From Octopus bimaculoides (lineage: Eukaryota): 64,000 bases of DNA. A program made the position numbers and the translations under genes. Below are positions 53,979-63,349 of the stretch, in pieces (within the stretch, counting starts at the first letter, position 1; every line of letters starts with the position of its first letter). The notes under the pieces were generated by a model that had not been told where the DNA came from, ran no database searches, and was given only the letters and a program-made list of their open reading frames with translations. The stretch lies in assembly GCF_001194135.2 (NCBI RefSeq), contig NC_069005.1, positions 34,642,504 to 34,706,503 of the forward strand, read 5' to 3'.

Positions 53979-56900
53979 GACACAAATTACAGAAATATTT
54001 AGATGACATTATATATTAAAGAAAATTCTAATTTCACGACAAATTGTTTCGTAACTTAAAAACATGTAAATAATTTATATCATATTTAATATTTAATAAT
54101 AAATAAGTTACACCCAAACAAATACCCACACACATTTATACAACATGGTAACATCAACAAAAATAATGTAAAACAATGTCTGTGAAAGGAACTGACCTGA
54201 TAAGCATTGTAGATGTGAGGAATTTGTGGAGAGACAAGGATAACTGTACGTTTTCTTCTGATCATGCTGCGTACCACTGCCTCCTCAAAAACATTGCGTC
54301 CAAGGTGAGGCTCTATCTTGGAGAATGGATCATCCTGGGAACAAAACATGTTTAAAGTTCAAATCTTGTTTGAAACAACTTTTCTTTATTTCCACCCTTG
54401 GGAAAATGAAACTGACTTAGGCCTACAATGTGTTTTTTTTTTTAATATTTAAGTTAAAGGAGGGGATAGGCAGTATCCATGACCCTTTTTAGAGCTTTCA
54501 TGACCAGTTGGATGGGGGAGAGGGCTTAACCTTCAGACCAGACATTTTGTTAGAATGCTTACAACAAAGATGACACCTGTAAAGAACAGCCAAGGACCAG
54601 GTGCTGGGGTTAAACTTGCAGATGGATTGATGATGATGATGATGTGAGTTGTTAAGTTCAACTCAATCTTTAACCCCCTAAACTAGAAATGGTAGCAGCC
54701 AGTAAATGGAATAACTGGAAGAGTCCATGTAAAGAAGGTGGGTAGATTATGCTTACCATAATAATTGTGTTTGCTGAGGAATAGAGGGCTCTCGCAAGAG
54801 AGATACGCTGTTTCTGACCCTCTGTCAGTAAGATACCCTGAAAATAGAGACAAAGTCAAAAGTAGTAATTAGAATGGTGATGCTGTTGTTGTTTGGTTGG
54901 TTGAGCCAGTTCATACTTCTCACTTGCATCATCTTTATCTTCTGATAATATCTTTTGTGCCGTAAACCATTTACTATCAAAGGAAGGAAGGGTACCCCCT
55001 TCTTTCCCTTAATGTCCTAAACACGTGCTTATTTTGCTTAATGGATAATCTAGCGCTGGTGGAGACCCATTTTCTACTCTCGACAGACCAAATTATTCTA
55101 TGGTAGCATCTCTTCATTGGCTGAACACTCAAAGTACAGCTCTAAATATAACGATAATGAGAGGATTGACTCGTTAACCTACCTGTTCACCAACTTCTGT
55201 CCGATCTTTGGCCGGCCACAAAGTCAGGTCCGTGTTCAGAGAAACAGCATGGAGTACTTTTTTATATCTGTAATAAGTAACAAATACTTTATAGAGACAC
55301 ACACACAGATACCACCCAATACATTATGTACACACACCACCACTGCCACTGCCACCCAATTCGGTCCTCAATTCCTTATGGTTATCCATAGTACTTAATA
55401 ATGAAGGTCTTCTCCATCATTTACGGTTTCTTTGATGAACATACATCCCAAACTGTTGTTTAATTTCATATTCTCCAAAGTTGATGTACCAATCTTGTCT
55501 CTTTCAGCAGCAGGAAAACACAAATGCCAATCACAGCAAGGAAACAGCACTGCAGCACACACACACACACACACACAGAGTTTCATAAAACATATTCAAG
55601 AAACACTTACTTTCTATAATTGTATGGTTGACCAAAAAGTATGTTTTCTTGGACTGTGGCATTCATGAGCCAAGGTGGTTGCGAACAATATGCCAATGTA
55701 CAGGCTCTGTAAGGAAACAGATTAATCGATCAGTTATAATAACAACTAAGAATGATATTAGTGAAAGAGGTTGTTGTGTTAACTTTACTGTTAGTGACTA
55801 CGAATGGATAGCAAATTGTTGCAATAAAACTGTAAGATGAAGATGATGATGAAAACATATATACACACAGAGACAGAGAAACATACCTGTTCCACTCCAT
55901 GACTCCAGAATCCAAGACCATTTCCCCCAACATGGCTGATAACAATGTTGATTTGCCTGACCCAGAGGGACCAGTTATTATTGTCATCTTACCTACAGAA
56001 TAGAACAACAACAGTAGTAGTAGTAGCAGCAGCAGCATGTGGTGGTGCCTACAGTAGTGATGGCACCAGAGACTACCAAATATCTCCAACATCACCATCT
56101 GTGTCCAAGTGAAGCAATATCATTCACATCCTTCACCACCCGTCCCCCATGCAAACCCTCAAATATTCTTAAAAGGTTAACCTTTCACATCACTAACCCA
56201 TGCATTCTCCTCTCCAAATTAGAGAGAGAAAGAGAAAGATAAAAGGCAGAAATACTAGGAGTTATATACATAACTTTCAAAGGCGTGGCTGTATGGTAAG
56301 TAGTTTGCTTCCCAACCACATGGTTCCAGGTTCAATCCCACTGCGTGACACCTTGTCATGCATATCTACGTGTGTATACCTTTGTGTCTGTGTTTGTGGG
56401 CCCCCACAGAAACATAGCATAACTGAGATGAAGGCCCTGTTGGTCATTTGGCCTGAATGCTATGCGACGACTGCCCAAACCGAGCTAACCTGGACCAACA
56501 CAACCACCACCATTACTACACTTTGCTGCCAAAAGTGATGACGAAGAAGAAATTTTGCAATAATATAAAAAATATGAGGGACGAACTTCTAGAAACTAAG
56601 ATGCAGTTAGAGGTGAGGAGAGTAGAGATGCTGAAAGAACTTACCCAGGGGGATTTTAATGTTGATATCTTTCAAACAGGAAGATTCATCGGAGAGGTCC
56701 GTAGAGAAAGAAGCCTCGGAGATGTCAAGGGCAAGCCGGTGTTCCACGGTCGGAGCGGCTTCTGCTGCTTCTCCCTCATCTTCCATGATAGAGACGTTGC
56801 CGTTGGTATTTCGTCGACGATAATGAAACCCTCGTCTTTCGGCGATGTAGGTGTCGTTTTCAGAAGTGATTGAGTGCTGTGAAAAGCTCGGCCGACGAAA

Positions 56901-58375
56901 GGCAGGGTCAAGGATGTCCAGCACAGATGCCCCGCTGTTCTGCCGGCTGTGGTTTGGAGTGTGACCCAGGGGGGGACTACTCTCCACTGATGAGATACTT
57001 CCACGCATCGCTCCATTGTGGAACGCCATGCTAAGCTGGTTGGTTTTTACATCATACTTCATCAGAGTGTCCAGCTTGTTCTAACAACAACAACAACATC
57101 AGTAAGAGTGACATCACAACACACACACACACACACACACACACCACAAAGAAGAAAGTGAAGGAGACGAAATAGGAGATCTCGAAACGTTTATAAAGAG
57201 TAGCAGCAAGAGGAAATGTAAAAGTTGAGGGTGTACAAAGAGTAGCAGTAAGAGGAGATATTATAATTGAAGGTGTACAGGAGGATTAGTTGAGGGTGTA
57301 AAAAGAGTAACAGTTGAGGGTGTAGAAAGAGTAGCAGTAAGAGGAAACATGACAACTGAAGGTGTACAGAAAGTAGAAATAACAGAATATGTAAGAGTTG
57401 AAGGTGTACAAAAAGTAGCAGTAAGAGGAGATGTAACAGTTAAAGGTGTAGAGAGAGTAGCAGTAAGAGGAGATGTAACAGCTGAAGGTGTACAAAAAGT
57501 AGCAGTAAGAGATATGTTATAATTGAAGGTGTAGAGAGAGCAGCAGTAAGAGATCTGTCTGGAAGAGTGGCAGTGATGTTTTTCCAAACTTACTAACATG
57601 GGTGGAATTGATTTTGAAAATTCAGACATTTCTGCATCACTGGATCTTGAGTCCATCACCAGCAGAGTAGGAGTGGAACCTGTTGTCAGCCATGTGGACT
57701 AATTTGGTTTACAGAGGAGAAAATATCTGTAGCCCCCCTACACTACCAACTCCTGCAGAATAATGTGCCGTGCAGCCCACCTACATTGTAGGACCATAGT
57801 GTACCATGTGGTCCACATACAATAGGACATAGTGTACCATATGGTCTACAAAGAGGTGCTAAAACGCTCCTGGCTTTAAGGGCATCGTGAAAGGCCTGGT
57901 TAAAAGCCCAATCTTCCGACTTCTTTTACAGGGCTTAGAAAGACTAAAGGACTGCTGTAATAAGTATGAGAATCTGAGAGGGGAATACGCTGAATAAAAT
58001 TATAATTAACTGATCCTCCTGCATTTTCTTTTACCCAATAGGTACAGTAGGATGTACTGTATGACGTGGTTGAACTATCATAGAACAGACTGTACCATGT
58101 GGACCACCAGCACACCACAGTCCACCACGTGGTCCATTTTACTAGAGGACATTGGGTACAATATCCTCCTTATAAACAGAAGATTGAGTAAACAGAAAAC
58201 TAAATATATTTCACAGCAGCAGTCAGGGAACCATGAGTGTGTAAAGCACAGGCAGCAGGATTATAATAGCATGAAACTATTGGTAGCTCTTTCGGTGGTG
58301 TATTTAAATTCATATTTATCTCTCACTGGAGGGAGTACTTTTTTTCTTGACCTTACCTCTATCGGATCTGTAAAC

Positions 58376-58429
<54 letters not shown>

Positions 58430-61400
58430 TCACTGTAAGGAAAAGGTCATGTGTATGTGTATACACACACACGTCACAGTATTGAGAAGGTCATGTGTAT
58501 AGAATGTGGGGTGTATATGCTGCAGGAGGGAAGGGACCACATGGCCAGATGAGACAGGGAACTTAATCCCATCTGATGATTCATTAATCCTATCTGCCAT
58601 TGAAGTGTTAAGGCAATAAATCAGATGTGCAGAAACAAAGCAACAGAGTGCAGTGTATGGTGCATCATTGTGCACATCTCACCTTACAATCAATACAGGA
58701 GAACATGGACTTGGCTGACTGGACAACTGATCGCAATCGGGATATGGAGAAGGACGACTGAAAGACAAGTTGTTACAACAATGATGATGATGATGACTAT
58801 AGTGATAGTGATGACAATATGGATGATGACGTTGATGGTGATGGTGTTACAGTAGTAAAGATGATTATAGTGATGGAGATGGTACTTTGTGGAACTGACA
58901 CTGACAGTTTCAGTGGTATGTTTTAACATTGAAACAATGGTGACGGTGACGGTGTATTGTGTAATATGACTGGTGTTTCAAAAGACAAACGGTAAAACCC
59001 AAAATTACCTCTGCTTCTTTCTGTACGTTGCTTGTCTGGTGGCACTTGGTGAAGAAGGCACTGGGGTGTTGGCATATCTGGCTGGATTGTAAGAAGGAGG
59101 TCAACTCTCGGCTGCTGCTCTTCGCATTCAGCAAAGATATGTAAATAACACAGAGGAAATAAAAAGGGTAACACATAACCTGGAAGGTGGCAGCAACAGA
59201 GAATACTTGGCCGGGCGTCAGAACTGTTCCCTTTGAAATATGGTAGAAGAGAAAGCTCTACAAAGAAATAGAAGTGGAATATTAGAAGAGAATTCAAAGA
59301 GAATGAATTAGTCAGCATCATCATTAAACATCTATTTTCCATGCTGGCATGGTTTGGACAGCTTGACCAGTGTTGGCAAGCCAGGAGACAGTGCCAAGCT
59401 CTATTGCCTGTTTCAGCATGGTCTCTATGCCTGGTTGCCCTCCCTAATGCCAACCGCTTCACAGAGTGGACTGGGTGTTTTTTGTGTGGCACCAGCACTG
59501 ATGGGGTTACCTAGTAACTTGCAAGATAAACATTCGTCAACTCAGGGACTTCCTGTAATGGGTCTTGTCAGATAAAAATCTCTTTCTATGGTTTCTGATA
59601 CCAGAATGTGTATTCTGCTTAATGACAGCAGGGGTAGCTACAGGCCCCCCCTCCCAGGTCATATAAAGGGAGTTGGAGATGGTTCATATCCACAGGACCT
59701 GCCCCAATGGCTGACCACCACTAGACTGGACCAAGAATATGTAGAGTCAGTTGGAGTTGTTCTTTAGAGTGACACATTAAACAAAGATATGTAAGTTAAA
59801 ATCACAGGAACTTACCGCAGCTGTTGACAATAACGGGGCTGATGTAACAAGGAACTCTGCAAGAGAAACAATCAAAAGTTAATTAAGAAATCAGTAATCA
59901 ATGCACAAAAACAATAATTTGTTAGAGTCATTAGGTTATCCCATCAAAGACCTTGTGCTTTTGTGTGGCACTGGTACAAGTGCTTTTTTATGACACCAGC
60001 AGCCACAAGCCCACAAGCAAAATTCATCGGCACACTTCTACAGCATCCCAAAAAGTGATTTCCAAAAATGTTTCCAGCAGTGGCAGGAATGCTAACAAAA
60101 GTGTGGAGACACCCAAGATGAATACTTTGAAGGAGACTGAATCAAAATGTTGAGTTTTTTTAATTTTACTTGTTTTTTGGCCAAAGGCCAAATATATGTA
60201 TATATATATATATATATATATACAAAAGAGAGAGAAAGTGTGTGTGAGTGTGAAAGCGTACAAACTGACCGATGATAGACTTGAGGTAGGCAATACGATA
60301 CAACAATTTCATCTCTTTCTTTCGATCCTTACTGACCAAACGGCTGAAACATTTCTCCCAGGCATTCAACTTGATCTGCTTGATGCCTTTTATTAGTTGT
60401 TTTACTTTCTTCACCCTCCTTTCACTGAGATTCTGAAAAAGAGAAAGAATGAGGCAGTAAGAGAGAGAGAGAGAGAAGTGGGGTATAATGGGTATAACAG
60501 AGTAAAGTGGTTGGGTCAGACAGACAGTCTAATGAAGTGGTTCTCAACTGCTGTTCATATAAGATTTTTGGGGGTCCATGCAACAAAATCGTAAATTGGG
60601 GATCCACAATAGTATTTTAGGGGTCCCTGAAAATGTTTTGCTTTCGATGTGTCTCGTATTGGTCTGGATTGCAAGGAACAGCCAGGTTTCTTTCTCTGAC
60701 ATTTTCCATAATTCAACCTCCACAAGTTGATGTGTGGAAAACAAAATGGGAATTTTTGGAAGAAGTTTCTATAAAACTTGTTTTTAAACATGGAATGATT
60801 ACGGGGGGTCCAGCAGAAAAGAATGGTGATCAAAGGGATCCACAGATAAGAAATAATTTGAGAACCCCTGCTCTATATAGGAGAGAAAAGCCGAGTTGAA
60901 CAATGACATATAGATGAAAGTAGAGTAGTTTGGTGTGTGGGGGAAGGGTCGGTAGTTTGGTGTGACAATGGTATTTAGGGAGTAGAGGGATAAGTAACAA
61001 GTGGACAGTGCAGTTGAGCAATATTAACAACCACCCATATCTAACATACCATTATGCTGCCTTGGAGTCTAAACAGGTGCCGTGCAGTTGCAATGTGCAT
61101 ACATGTGTGCACACCAATGATGAAAAAGCCCATTACTGCACTGGAACCGAGTTTTAGGAAGACCACGATAAAACCAACAACAATCTGGAAAATAAATAAG
61201 AGAGAGAGAGAGCAACAGGTTGGATCATGGGGTAAGCATCTTGTACATGTAACTGTGGCAACAGAGTTTACTACAGGTCAGTAGTAAACTGGACATCAGC
61301 TAAAAGAGGGATAACAATAATAGAAAGGTCACTGAGTGTGGCCATGCTGGAGCACCGCCTTGAAGGGTTCTAGTCGAACAAATTGACCCCAGGACTTATT

Positions 61401-63318
61401 TTTTAAGCTTAGTACTTATTCTATTAGTCACTTTTGCAAGCACACCAACACTGGTTGTCAAACAGTGATGGGAGAACAAACACACGCACACATGCACAAC
61501 AGGCTTCTTTCAGTTTCCATCTATCAAATCCACTCATAAGGCTTTGGTCAGCCTGACGCTATAGTAGAAGACATTTGCCCAAGGTGCCACACATTCGGAC
61601 TGAACCCAGAGCCATGTGGTTGGGAGGCAAGCTTCTTATCACACAGCCACTCCTGCGACTATGATAATACTGATAACTGTGGAAATAGAATTGGTGAGGC
61701 AACCGGAATATGGAACAGAAACTGGAGAAGCTACAGAAGTTTTGAACTAAAATTGGTGAGGCAACCGGAATATGGAACAGAAACTGGAGAAGCTACAGAA
61801 GTTTTGAACNNNNNNNNNNGAATTGGTGAGGCAACCGGAATATGGAACAGAAACTGGAGAAGCTACAGAAGTTTTGAACTAAAATTGGTGAGGCTACAAC
61901 ATGTGACTTGTCTGTGGATATTTACAACAGGTGGTTGGTCTCCACAGCCTCACCTGTTGATTAGTGTCAGTCATAATTAAATTATTCCATTTATGACATT
62001 CAACAACTGGATCCAATGGGCAAAACTCATAGGTTCTGGTCTAAAGATGAAAACTGCCATTCTTTTAACTGGTACTTGTGATCAGTAAAACACATCTGTG
62101 GTGGCTCCACATTGGTTTGGTGTCTATGGAACGGTGAACTTAAAACCTTGCAGAATAAAAGGTTCTGTTGACAAAAACAATATTTTAATTGCAAACTCAT
62201 GCCAGACAAATACTTTGGTTGAATGTCAGGATGACTTACCTGAAGAGGTATTGCCCAGAAATAGTGCAAAAAACTGTAAATGATCATAAGGTTGTTACAT
62301 TCTATTGTCACATGATTCATTATTTCAGTTTCTGTAATTCTTCCATGGGACAAAGCTTGAGTTGATAACTGTTGCACCTTGCTGTATATCATCACCTGTA
62401 AAAGACGGGGTGTAAAGGTGAGAACAACCAATCAACTGATATTTTATTGATCACATGTTAGTGTGTGATATATACAGACTCAGTTGATTACTTAATCAAT
62501 AATCAATGACAATTAAGGAAATAAGCAAGAATATTAGTGACATAAATATGTTGAAAATGGTTGCAAGTGGGAATTAAATTAATCCTAGACTTATCCTCTC
62601 TTCAGGAATTCCTCTCTATGTCAGTGTGTGTGTGTGAAAAATATTCAGACAGTGTATATTCAAAAGAAAACTAGGTTCGGTTTACCAGCTGATTGGAAAT
62701 GAGCAACTCTAAGAACAGGAAATGGGAGCCTTTCAGTTATAATGTGTGTGTGTGTGTGTGTGTGATATTACACACACACACAAGATGTAAGAGAAGATGG
62801 ACGCAATAATAGGTGAGGACTTACCTGTATAGCAGCTTTCATCCTCATCCCTTCTCGGATGAGTATAAAAAAATGGTACTCCATGAGAGAGTACTGCAAT
62901 AACATGAGTACAAACACTAAAGTGATGAGGATGTAGCCATTGGAGAAGAACTCAGTGACAGACACATTTAAGTTGTCCTGCAAAAGAGAGAGATAATGGT
63001 TATGGTGTACATGTTGTACTGGGGGGTAGGCATGGTGCACGTGGTACTGAGTAGGGGGAATGGGGGCACTATGGAAGAGGGGGCATGATATATGTTGTAA
63101 TATGTAGTGGTGGCCATGGTACATGTGATTCTTTCAGCTTATCATACATGTAGTATTATGGAATTATGAGTGTGACATGTGATGTATATGTGGAGAGGAG
63201 GTAGAAGTGGGGGCTTTATGGGTGGAAGGCATGTGGTGGTGAAGGTTGTAGTTCTGTGAGAAAGACAGTGGATATGAAGGTGGTGGGGTTGCTGTTATGC
63301 AAACAATGTGGGGAGAAG

Positions 63319-63349
<31 letters not shown>

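Noticed and set aside
58347-58357. 11-nt candidate microexon (tttacag ATCCGATAGAG gtaagg)
   Set aside because: It gives a stop in phase 0 and no consistent flanking phases were found.
61689-61893. 62-bp identical direct repeats resembling a CRISPR array
   Set aside because: There are no unique spacers, the context is eukaryotic, and identical units around a 10-N gap may be a scaffolding overlap artefact.
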